A DNA stretch of 64,000 nucleotides, from contig NC_081369.1 in the NCBI RefSeq assembly GCF_030684315.1, forward strand, positions 32,479,152-32,543,151, read 5' to 3'. The notes below the pieces were generated by a model. The model searched no databases. It saw only the letters and a program-made list of their open reading frames with translations, and was not told where the DNA came from. How positions within the stretch are numbered: the stretch's first letter is position 1; each line of letters opens with the position of its first letter. Shown here one piece after another: positions 1 to 11,700 of the stretch. The translations under genes were made by a program, and so were the position numbers. The DNA is from Stegostoma tigrinum (lineage: Eukaryota).

Positions 1-2410
1 GTGTGGTGCAGTGGGGGGAGGGGCGAACTGGGCTGGTTTTGGGATGTGGTGGGGGAAGGGGAGATTTTAAAGCTGGTGAAGTCCACATTGATGCCATTGG
101 GCAGCAGGGTTCCAAAGCGGAATGTGAGTTGCTGTTCCTGCAACCTTCGGGTGGCATCATTGTGGCACTGCAGGAGGCCCATGATGGACATGTCATCTAA
201 AGAATGGGAGGGGGAGTGGAAATGGTTTGCGACTGGGAGCTGCAGTTGTTCATTGCAAACCGAGCGGAGGTGTTCTGCAAAGCGGTCCCCAAGCCTCCGC
301 TTGGTTTCCCCAATGTAGAGGAAGCCACACCGGGTACAATGGATGCAGTATACCACATTGGCAGATGTGCAGGTGAACCTCTGCTTAATATGGAAAGTCA
401 TCTTGGGGCCTGGGATAGGGGTGAGGGAGGAGGTGTGGGGGCAAGTGTAGCATTTCCTGCAGTTGCAGGGGAAGGTGCTGGGTGTGGTGGGGTTGGAGGG
501 CAGTGTGGAGCGAATAAGGGAGTCACGGAGAGAGTGGTCTCTCTGGAAAGCAGACAAGGGTGGGGATGGAAAAATGCCTTGGGTGGTGGGGTCGGATTGT
601 AGATGGCGGAAGTGTCGGAGGATGATGTGTTGTATCTGGAGGTTGGTGGGGTGGTGTGTGAGAACGAGGGGGATCCTCTTTGGGCGGTTGTGGCAGGGGC
701 GGGGTGTGAGGGATGTGTTGCGGGAAATGCGGGAGACGCGGTCAAGGGCGTTCTCAACCACTGTGGGGGGAAAGTTGCGGTCCTTGAAGAACTTGGACAT
801 CTGGGATGTGCGGGAGTGGAATGCCTCATCGTGGGAGCAGATGCGGCGGATGCGGAGGAATTGGGAATAGGGGATGGAATTTTTGCAGGAGGGTGAGTGA
901 GAGGAGGTGTATTCTAGGTAGCTGTGGGAGTCGGTGGGCTTGAAATGGACATTAGTTAAAAGCTGGTTGCCTGAGATGGAGACTGAGAGGTCCAGGTAGG
1001 TGAGGGATGTGCTGGAGATGGCCCAGGTGAACTGAAGGTTGGGGTGGAAGGTGTTGGTGAAGTGAATGAACTGTTCGAGCTCCTCTGGGGAGCAAGAGGC
1101 GACGCCGATACAGTCATCAATGTACCGGAGGAAGAGGTGGGGTTTGGGGCCTGTGTAGGTGCAGAAGAGGGACTGTTCCACATAACCTACAAAGAGGCAG
1201 GCATAGCTGGGGCCCATGCGGGTGCTCATGGCCACCCCCTTAGTCTGTAGGAAGTGGGAGGAATCAAAAGAGAAGTTGTTGAGGGTGAGGACAAGTTCGG
1301 CTAGGCGGATGAGGGTGTCGGTGGAGGGGGACTGGTCGGGCCTGCGGGACAGGAAGAAGCGGAGGGCCTTGAAGCCATCTGCATGCGGAATACAGGTGTA
1401 TAGGGACTGGACGTCCATGGTGAAAATGAGGTGTTGGGGGCCAGGGAATTGGAAGTCCTGGAGGAGGTGGAGGGTGTGGGTGGTGTCACGAACGTAGGTA
1501 GGGAGTTCCTGGACCAAAGGGGAGAAAATGGAGTCCAGATAGGTGGAGATGAGTTCGGTGGGGCAGGAACAGGCTGAGACAATGGGTCGACCAGGGCAGG
1601 CAGGTTTGTGGATTTTGGGAAGGAGATAGAAACGGGCCGTGCGGGGTTGGGGAACAATGAGGTTGGAGGCTGTGGGTGGGAGGTCCCCTGAGGTGATAAG
1701 GTCATGAATGGTGTTGGAGATGATGGTTTGCTGCTCGGGTGTGGGGTCATGATCGAGGGGGCAATAGGAGGTGGTGTCGGAGAGTTGGCGTTTGGCCTCG
1801 GCGATATAGAGGTCAGTGCGCCATACTACCACTGCGCCACCCTTATCTACGGGTTTGATGGTGAGGTTGGGGTTGGAGCGGAGGGCTGCCCATTCTGCAG
1901 GGGAGAGGTTGGAGTGGGTGAGAGGGGTGGAGAGGTTGAGGCGGTTAATGTCTCGACGGCAGTTGGAGATGAAGAGGTCGAGGGAAGGTAGGAGGCCTGG
2001 GGTTGGTGCCCAGGAGGAGGACTTGTGTTGGAAGCGGGAGAAGGGGTCAGTGGAGGGAGGGTTAGGCTCCCGGTTGAAGAAGTAGGCGTGGAGGCGAAGG
2101 CAGCGGAAAAACTGTTCTATATCCCATCGTGACTGGTATTCGTTGATGTGTGGTTGTAGGGGGACAAAGGTGAGCCCCTTACTAAGGACTAACAGTTCGT
2201 CCTCAGTCAGTGGGAGGTCTGGGGGGATGGTGAAGATGCGGCAGGGCTCAGTGTGGCTGTCTTCTCTGGGGTTGCTGGCTGTGGAGGTTGTGGGCGGGGT
2301 TCCGTCGCCTGTTGGAGCAGCGGGGTGGACAGCAGCAGCTGCGGTGAGGGTGGTGAGAGAGGTGTTGTAACTGGAATTGGAGGCGGTGACTGCAGCAGCG
2401 GTCTCGGAAC
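1..2410 (-). mobile_element. Penelope-like retroelement (RT + GIY-YIG endonuclease), 5'-truncated, reading frame open
   Basis: Minus-strand translation gives IKPVDKGGAVVVW, FYLLPKIHKP, GRPIVS, FTMDVQSLYT, GVAMSTRMGPSYA, LRYIDD (1113-1124), and NVVYCIHC..LYIGETKRRLGDRFAEH. No stop in this frame from 2453 to the window edge. Confidence 0.95.
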
Positions 2411-2606
2411 TGGTGTGCGTTCCCACATGGTAATGGCCCCTTTTAAAACAGCACTATCTTAATGATGATTTTGGCAAACCTGATTTTTTTTACTTGTTTA
2501 CAAATGCTCAGTGCGATGACACAAGTTACCGTTGAGGTGTGTCTTGAATAAATAAATGTGTTTACTTTCATTATTTTACCTCACACCTGTAAGTTCCGGT
2601 GCTATT

Positions 2607-2622
2607 TACTTTCGCTTTCATT
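2607..2622. promoter_or_regulatory. ISRE / IRF-binding element
   Basis: TACTTTCGCTTTCATT (reverse strand AATGAAAGCGAAAGTA) matches the IRF GAAANNGAAA consensus, about 70 bp upstream of the predicted ATG. Confidence 0.65.
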
Positions 2623-2689
2623 TTTCTGTTAAGACGTTGGGATGTTGTTTGTTCATCAACTGTGTATTTTTATTACAATTCGGCTTTAA

Positions 2690-2759
2690 ATGGAGACACA
2701 TGGAACAATAAATTGCTTTTTAGTAGAACTGATGATACTTTGTTCAATCTCTTTAGCAG
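2690..2759 (+). CDS. Exon 1: signal peptide/leader
   Basis: aaaATGG strong Kozak context; encodes METHGTINCFLVELMILCSISLA; ends G|GTGAGT (phase 1), in frame with the IgV exon. Confidence 0.75.
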
Positions 2760-5700
2760 GTGAGTGGAGAATTTCTTTATCTCTCCGTTGCTATAAACAA
2801 GGAAGTCAATTTGCTTGCGACTTTACGGATATAATAGGGATGATGTAAAGTATAGGCATATATATCGACTTTCAGAGGTGGAAATATATATTGTTCTGGT
2901 GAAAGTTCTTTCCGTGAAACAATAAATATGATATTTGGTATGTTACACATTGCTCGAAACAACAATATATCTAAAGACTGCAGCGTGTTCTGAAGTTAAA
3001 CTGCCTTCTTCAGGAATGAAAATAAGAGGAAGTGGTGGCATCGTCACAGCGTCTTTGGACAAAGTAATGTAGAAAACACCCACCTGAGACGAGGACATTG
3101 CTTTAAATATTGCTTGAGCAACTGAAGTTTGAATTCCGTTAAAAGCTGGAATAACAGCTAGCCAAACAGTGACATTGTAACTTGTTTTTTGGTGTAAAAA
3201 TCCATCTGATTCATCAATAATGAAGCATGCCAATCCCTCCCAGGCTGACCTACAGAGTGACTCCCGTGCTGTGAACAAACAAAAGGAAGAGTTTCAGTGA
3301 TAGTAGGAACTGCAGATGCTGGAGAATCTGAGATAACAAGTTGTAGAGCTGGATGAACACAGCAGGCCAAGCAGCATCGGAGGAGCAGGAAGGCTGATGT
3401 TTCGGGCCTAGACCCTTCTTCGGAATTTTCTTGAGATTTTCTGAGGGGTCTAGGCTGGAAACGTCAGCTTTCCTGCTCCTCTGATGCTGCTTGGCCTGCT
3501 GTGTTCATCCAGCTCTACACCTTGTTATCTCAGATTCTCCAGCATCTGCAGTTCCTACTATCTCTGAAACTCTTCCTTTTGTTTGTTCTGATGCTGTGTT
3601 CATCCAGCTCTACACCTTGTTATCTCTAAACAAGAGAAAGAGTTGTGACTACGCTGCTGTAATTTATGCAATATCATTTGTCGGCTTCAGTTTTCCTCAT
3701 TGTCCTTAAGGCTTTTCTGCCTTGAATTGGTTTCTTTATTGCACAAGCTTCAAACTGTCTCTGTTATGAACCAGGCAAGAAGTATTACCCAGAAGTGACG
3801 GTACCAAGTCAATTTAAGTAATTGTCAATTAAAATCCCAGAGAGTCATTGAGTATAGAGATAGTAAGAACTGTTGATGCTGGAGTCAGAGGTAACACAGT
3901 GTGGAGCTGAAGAAACACAGCAGGCCAGGCAGCATCAGAGGAGCAGGAAAGTTGACGTTTCAGATCGAGACCCTTCTTCAGAAATGGGGGAGGGGTAAGG
4001 GAACTTTGAAATAAATAGAGGAGGGATGGCGCTGGGGAAGGGAGGTGGGATGGTGATGGGTGAGTGCAGGTAGGCAGTGGTAGGGATTGGTTAGTGAGGT
4101 GGGAAGAGCAGATAGGTGCGAGAGAAGACGGACAGGTCAAGGAGGAGGGGACGAAAGGAAGGCTTGGTCATGGGGTGAGGTTGGGAGTGGGGAGATTTTG
4201 AAGCTAGTAAAGTCCACATTGAGACCATTGGTTGTAGGGTTGCAAGGTGGAACATGAGGTGCTGTGCCTCCAGTTTCTGGGTGGTGTCGTTGTGAGACTG
4301 GAGGAGGCCCGGGATGGACATGTTGTCCAAGGAGTGGGAGGGGGAGGTGAAGTGGCTCGCAACTAGGAGGTGTTGTAATTTGTCGCGAACAGTGTGCAGG
4401 TGCTCTACAAAGCGGTCTCCGAGCCTCTGCTTGGTCTCGCTGAAGTAGAGGAGGCCACATTGGGAGCAGCAGATGCAGTAGATCACAATAGCGGAACCTC
4501 TAGTGAATGTCTGTCTGATGTGGAAGGTTTTTTTTGGGCCCTTGGATGGAGGTGAGGGGGTAGGTATGGAGCAGGTGTAGTACTTTCTTGCGGTTGTTGG
4601 AAAAGGTGCTGGGAGTGCTAGGGCTGGTGGGGAGTGTGGAGCGGGTGAGGGAGTCGTGGAGACAATAGTCCCTATGAAAGGCAGATGGGGTGGGGAGGGA
4701 AATATATCTTTGGTTGTGAGCTCAGACTGCAGGTGGTGGAAGTGGTGGAGAATGATACGTTGAATCCGGAGGTTAGTAGGGTGATACGTGAGGACAGGGG
4801 GATTCTGTCTTTGTTTTTGTTGCAGGGAGGGGTTGTGAGGACAGAGCTATGGGAAACACAAGAGATGCAGTCAAGAGCATTTTTGATCATTTGAAGGGGG
4901 GATGTGATATCCTTGAAATTAGAGGACATTGGAGAGCACTTTGTAGAGCGCCTGCGCTGTGTTCATGACAAACAACACCTTCCAGTTGCGAACCACTTCA
5001 ACTCCCCCTCCCACTCCCTGGGCAACATGTCCATCCTGGGCCTCCTCCAGTCTCTCAGCAATGTCACCCGGAAACTGGAAGAGCAGCACCTCATATTCTG
5101 CCTTGGAACCCTACAACCCAATGGTCTCAATGTGGGCATTACTAGTTTCAAAATCTCCCCACCCCCAACCTCATCCCATAACCAACCCTCCCTCACATCC
5201 CCGCCTCCAAGACCCGTCCGTCTTCACTCCCACCTATCCGCTCCTCCCACCCCACTGACCAATTCCCACTGCTGCCTACCTGCACTCACCTATCACCACC
5301 TCACCTACCTTCCCCAGCCCCACCCCTCCTCTCTCTATTCATTCCAGAGCTCCCTCCCCCATTTTTCCCACCCAGAAACGTCAGTATTCCTGCTCATCTG
5401 ATGCTGCCTGGCCTGCCATGTTCATCCAGCTGCACACTGTGTTATCACTATTCAAATGTATATTTGAGGTCTTCAAAACTACATGCTATGCAGTCACTCC
5501 TTGCTGTCTGCTGACCTTGTACTTGCAAAGTCGTCCCAGACCTCTCTTTATCTCATTGTCTCACCCAGTTTGCCTCAGTAAACATTGTGGTCCTTTGAGG
5601 TACATAGGAGTGGTATTGTGTTTCACATTATACTCAGGAAGTTCGTGCCCCTGACCCTCATGGAGATTGTGAAATGAGTGTATTGAAGTAACCTATAACC

Positions 5701-8700
5701 TATATTGTAGAACTATTACAACTACAAATAGTTGAAATTTGGCCTGTCATGAGCATACAGCTCACATCAAACTCACCTACATCGAGAGCCCTGCAAAATA
5801 CTAACTTTAATGCAAATAATAACTTTAAAACAATTGTTTGAGGTACAGTGTCATTTTGCCGCTTTCAAGTGTAGTAAGTGACTTCCACCAAATAGGTAAC
5901 ACAGTGTAGAGCTGGATGAACACAGCAGGCCAGGCAGCACCAGAGGAGCAGGAAAGGTGTCGTTTCAGTTTGGGACCATTCTTCAGAAATGGGTTGAGTT
6001 TTCCAGCTCCTGGGTCCTGCAACTGCTAGCCATTTGTCCCTCCTTGGAATCCTGATGAATAAAATTCTTTATTCATTAATGGGATGAGGGCGTCGCTGGC
6101 CATGCAACATTTATTGTCCACCCCTAACTGCCCAGAGGGCAGTTCAGAGTCAACCGCGTTGTTGTGGGTCTGGAGTCACATGTAGGCCAGACCAGGTAAG
6201 GATGGCAGTTTCCTTCCCTAAAGGACATTACTGAACATTAATGATTCATTAAACCATGTTTAGACCCTACCTGTTTTTTAATGTGTGTAGTTTTTTTTTA
6301 AATGCAGTTTCTCTGGAGGTGGTGCTCATGCCGGCTATCAGCGCCACCGTTGGGGATGATGTGCTCCTTGGTTGTACGTTTTCACACACAGTTGCACTCG
6401 ATTTGCAAAACATTGTCATTGAGTGGAACCATAGAGTGCAAAATGAGGAAAAAGCTGTTTGCTTGTTTGACTTTGGAGAATATGAAAGTTATAGACCAGG
6501 ATCACTACTCTTCATAAATGAAATAAGCAAAGCAAATGCTTCTTTACTCCTAAAAAATGTTACGATCCACGATATTGGGTTATACTCCTGCACAGTGACA
6601 GTACTCTCCAATAAAGCAACGGGGAAAGTCTCTCTATCATTAACAGGTGAGTGAAAAATGACGTCTAATGTATAAACCTTTAGGAGCTCTGGAGGTTTTT
6701 CTTTCTTTCCTGTGTTCTCTGGAAATGTTAATGGTGCAGGTATGAATTCTGATTGATTGTGAGAAGTGTAAAGTGTTAGGGATCATACAATTATAAAGAT
6801 GTGAATTTGTCAATTGGATGCAGGTTGGTGTAAAGTGGCAAAAAAATTTGACCGCCTGATTATGCTAAAAGATACTGTATCTGATTTCTTTGAGACCCAT
6901 TCACAGTTTTTAATGTCTCAATGGGGGCATTAATGTGGACGTGAGGAAAAGGTACATTTCTGGATCCCAAAATATCCATCAGCAGGGGTTCTGTAAGGCC
7001 ATAAGAGATATGAACTGAAAATTAGGCCACTTAGCCCATTGAGTCTACACTGCCATTCAAACATGGCTAATGTGTTTCTCAATTCCATCCTTCTGCTTTC
7101 TCTCCATAAAGTTTGATCCCCTTACTAATCAAGAACCTATTAACCTCTGTCTAAAATACACTCAATGACTTGGTTGCCAGAGCCCTCTGTGGCAATGAGT
7201 GCCACAGATCAAACAGAAGAACTGTCTGAAACTGAAAGATCTTCAAAAACCAACCTATTGACAGAATAAGGAAAGCTAATTTTTAGTATTTCGGGGTGAA
7301 TAATTCTAAAGAAGTTAAAGGGTATGAATGAGAGATTTGACAGCATTAATTTAGTAGCAGTCGGCTCTGGGCTTGAATTTAACCTAACTTAGTTTGATAG
7401 GTTTAAAAATCACCTCTGCCTGACAGCTGTTGAAAGCCTTAAGGATTTTGAGTGCAGCCCATGACTCCTCATAATTCAAAGCTAATCAAGGAATCATGCT
7501 CAGAAGCTCCAAATAAAAGTGGCAAAAGAAGCAGAAATATCACATTTCAGTACCATGCTTCCTGAACTGTTGTGTTCCTACAAATTGCTCTTTTAATTAT
7601 GACAAACTGTTCTAAATTCTGCTGAGTTCAAATTGGAAAACGCTGACTTTAGCATAAACTGGTATGTCACAAGCCTATTTCTACTACTAAAGGGAAAAAT
7701 AACACTGTATTAATTTCAATATTAAACTAAGCACCGTGGGGGAGAAGGGTGGGTGCATGGAGGATTGCTCTCCTGTGATGAGATCCCTGTACAAGGTGAG
7801 ATGTGTTTTCCCCCCTCCCCTTCAGTGCGCAAGAAAAGAGAGCTACTCTCCAAAACCATTAATGAGTATTTTAGCCCTGTTGAAAGTTTTGTTCTGGTAC
7901 CACACAGTGTTGTTTTTATCTGAAGAGTGTATTTTATTCCCAAAGTAATGCTGCTTATAATCGTGTTAGTTGTTAGGGCTCCCAGCCTACTCGCAAGTGG
8001 GCACACATTAAATCTGGCTATAAAAATGGGCCTTTTCACTCACAGTGGTCACAAGAATGACTAGTAAGGCAAATGCCAAGATTGGAACTGGCACAGAAAG
8101 GTTTGCCCATCTGAGGCTATGGTTCAGACCAGATCATTTGTTGTGGCTTAGAACATTAGTTTGCATCTGACAGCACTGTGCCTCACCTGCTTTGTTTAAA
8201 ATAGAAAAATCGACCATAATGACAATCATATATATATAAATATTGTCAAAACCTACAGAAAAAAATTCACCGTTAATTGAAATGGAATATGCATGTCTTA
8301 TAAAGCTGCTGTTAAGTACCTTGGGATGTTTTTTTATATTCAGGGTGCTATACAAGTAGACCTTCTTAGTATGTATGACTAAGACCAAATACCCATTATC
8401 CTTTTTCCTGATTCCACCACTTGTTGGGTATTTGTTATCACTTCTGACCTTCCACTCTGATGCTGAATGTTTTGTACTCAAAAAGTTCTCAGTTTTATAG
8501 CTCTGCACCTGCATCTGAATCAATTTTGTGCATGACATGACATTGAACACTTCTTCTGTTGCCTCTGCCTCTGAGCCCATTTCCTCATAGGAGTCATTTC
8601 CCCAGCCCACAGATCCCTTCACCTACATTCGACACTCTCCTTCCACCTGGTTCGCTCCCTGTGCCCTTTGATCTGCACTCGAACTGTTCGTTGAGAACTA

Positions 8701-11700
8701 CAGACACAATATTGGTCATGTTAATTTTTCCACCCCCTATGCCACCACCCCTCCCAACCCTTGTCAATTTGAACCTATCTCCCTCTTAACAGTCTGCACT
8801 CTGTGCTGTCAGTACCAAACCTGACTTTGTAATTGAACCTACTAATGAATGGTGCTGTTGTTCTCTGGCAGACTGACCTTTGCATTGCAGAGGCTGAACA
8901 CCAGCTCTCTGACTCCTCCTCTTATCTCCCGCTCCCCCTAATTGTAGAATCACATTTAATGCTGAACAATATGTTCTGAGTTTTGCAAGCTCAAACTGGT
9001 CAAGAACAGTCAATATTTTACTGCCTAGCGTTATGGTAGGGACATAGGCCATATGCCCCACTAACTGGTGACTTACATTAAATACATCAGAGATAATGGG
9101 AACTGCAGATGCTGGAGATTCCAAGATAATAAAATGTGAGGCTGGATGAACACAGCAGGCCAAGCAGCATCTCAGGAGCACAAAAGCTGACGTTTCGGGC
9201 CTAGACCCTTCATCAGAGAGGGGGATGGGGGGAGGGAACTGGAATAAATATGGAGAGAGGGGGAGGCGGACCGAAGATGGAGAGTAAAGAAGATAGGTGG
9301 AGAGGGTGTAGGTGGGGAGGTAGGGAGGGGATAGGTCAGTCCAGGGAAGACGGACAGGTCAAGGAGGTGGGATGAGGTTAGTAGGTAGCTGGGGGTGCGG
9401 CTTGGGGTGGGAGGAAGGGATGGGTGAGAGGAAGAACCGGTTAGGGAGGCAGAGACAGGTTGGACTGGTTTTGGGATGCAGTGGGTAGAGGGGAAGAGCT
9501 GGGCTGTGCAGTGGGTAGAGGGGAATCTATTTGGCTGTTCAGAAGTTGAAAAAACATTTTTCTTTTTACTTCCTGATACGCTGTCTCTGAAAGTACATCA
9601 ATATACTTACTCTGCTTAATGCATCACTTTTGCTGAATGGTTTGAGACCTTTTGGCTTGGTACCATTAATGAAACTGACGGGAAAGGAAATTGCCATAGA
9701 AATTGATAGATCTTTATGAGTAAATTTCATCAAAGACAAAGGTGAATGCTGGTGTTTTGTTGCTGCCACAAAATACAGACCATTTTGTTTCTTCTTTGAG
9801 CCATAGAGTAGATATTTTAGTTAGCTATGTAGTGTTGTTACAATAGCGTAATATCTGTCAAACTACTCTGATATGACCTGCAAGTTGAAAGTTAAAAAAA
9901 ACAATGTGAGTTGGATTGATGTTGTTTACACTGAGCAAACTGAACAATTGGGGTGAAGCATTTACTATCCCTGATGGACAATTATAGATCCATCCATCAA
10001 TTAACTAATCAGTGCATTTTCATACCTAGTGGACATAAATCAACAGGTCAAAATATCCTGTTCTCCAGAGCACAATATTCCTGATTCTGTTACCATTTCC
10101 ATTACATTTGGGCCAGAACACAGCTTTAATACTGGAAGCTAAATTCCTGACATTTCACTATCCAAGTTCAAAACTATCGACTTAAGAATGCTCCTTGCTA
10201 AAACAAAAACAAATCATCAAAGCTGCTGGAAATTTGAAATAGAAATGGAGAATGTTGGTAAATTACAGTTTGACTGTATCTGTGAAGGAGGAAATGGAGT
10301 CAATTCCATCAGAAATGAACAAATTAAGCAAAATTTCTTCTTCACTTGTTAATTAATTACTGAAATACATAAAGAATGGATGTTAAACCCACAGTTTAAT
10401 TAAACGCAGAACTGATCCACAATCATCAGTATCTGCTGTAAGTGAAAAACAGATGTCTTAGGAGAATGTTGCGTGTATTTGTTAGAAGACCTGAGGCGCA
10501 AGCAATAAATTACAAAGACAGATCATACAAACTAGAATTGTATTAATATGGTTTGGGGTGATTTCTTCAAAAATTCAAGATGTCATGGGACACTCATATG
10601 ACCGCTGGGAAGAGGTCATTTCAACTGGGTGGGGCAGGGAGTATTGTCCAAAATCAGAGCTAGATTGTTCAGAAGACAAATTAGGAAATACCTCTTCATG
10701 CAAATTATGATAAAAATTTGTCACTCACTCAGTAATCGATGCTAAGTAAATTGTAAAATTTGAGTCTGAGGTAGCTAGACTTTTGTTGAGCAACAGTATT
10801 GAGCCTTTTAGGACCCAGAACAAATTTGGTGTTAATCACAGATCAACAACAAATTAATTAAATAGGAGAACAGGTTTGGGGGGCTACACTGGCTAACATA
10901 GTTATATTGTATTTTAAGGTAACATCAATAAAGAAAGCTAATAAAAATAACATATTTATCCTTATTCCTTGTATCCTTGTAGCACCTCCTTCAGTTTCAG
11001 TAAACACCGGAAATGTTGTAATTGAACCTGGTGAAGATAAAGCAATAATTTGTGAGATGAAAAGCTTTTATCCAGAAAATCACTCTATCTCTTGGTTAAG
11101 ACGTGGCTCACAAGACAGTGAAAACCAACTTGACATCACATCAAGAGCAGTTACAGGATCACTTCAACAAAATCAAGATGGGACATTTAATCTGCTTTCA
11201 TTCCTTATCATCAAAGGTGTTCAAATGGACGATGGAGCTTCTTATGTCTGCAAAGTTATTCATGAAACTTTAAAGACACCTGTGCAGAAAGTTGTTAGTT
11301 TGACAATCAAGGGTGAGTAGTTAAAGGAGAATGCTACCTGCTAAATGGCAAGAAACTCTTTTCTTAAAATTCTAATCTTACATGAATTCTATTTTTTTTA
11401 TTTTGAGTCTTGGCTGGCATTTGTATAACAGGGCCATAGAACAGATGGATCATTACAAATGTCAGACCCATTAGTTGGTTCCTACAAATATAAACATTGA
11501 ATCATGATCATGAGCTTTGCCAAATTTTAATTTTGGCACACATTTGTTACATCTTGAAGATTGTTTTCTGCTTACACGTTCCTTTGAATTATGGAAGATT
11601 TATGAATCTTGTGCTTTTCACATTTCAGAGGGATAGTAGGATAGAAATATGGTCAAATATTCACATGAACTTTTTAGAAAATTACAGGAAGACAAAAAGG

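Noticed and set aside
1-2462. Many Gly/Val/Arg-rich plus-strand ORFs and short minus ORFs
   Set aside because: Antisense or off-frame shadows of the Penelope ORF.
8134-8622. 162-aa minus-strand ORF
   Set aside because: No recognisable motif; intronic and antisense; likely chance.
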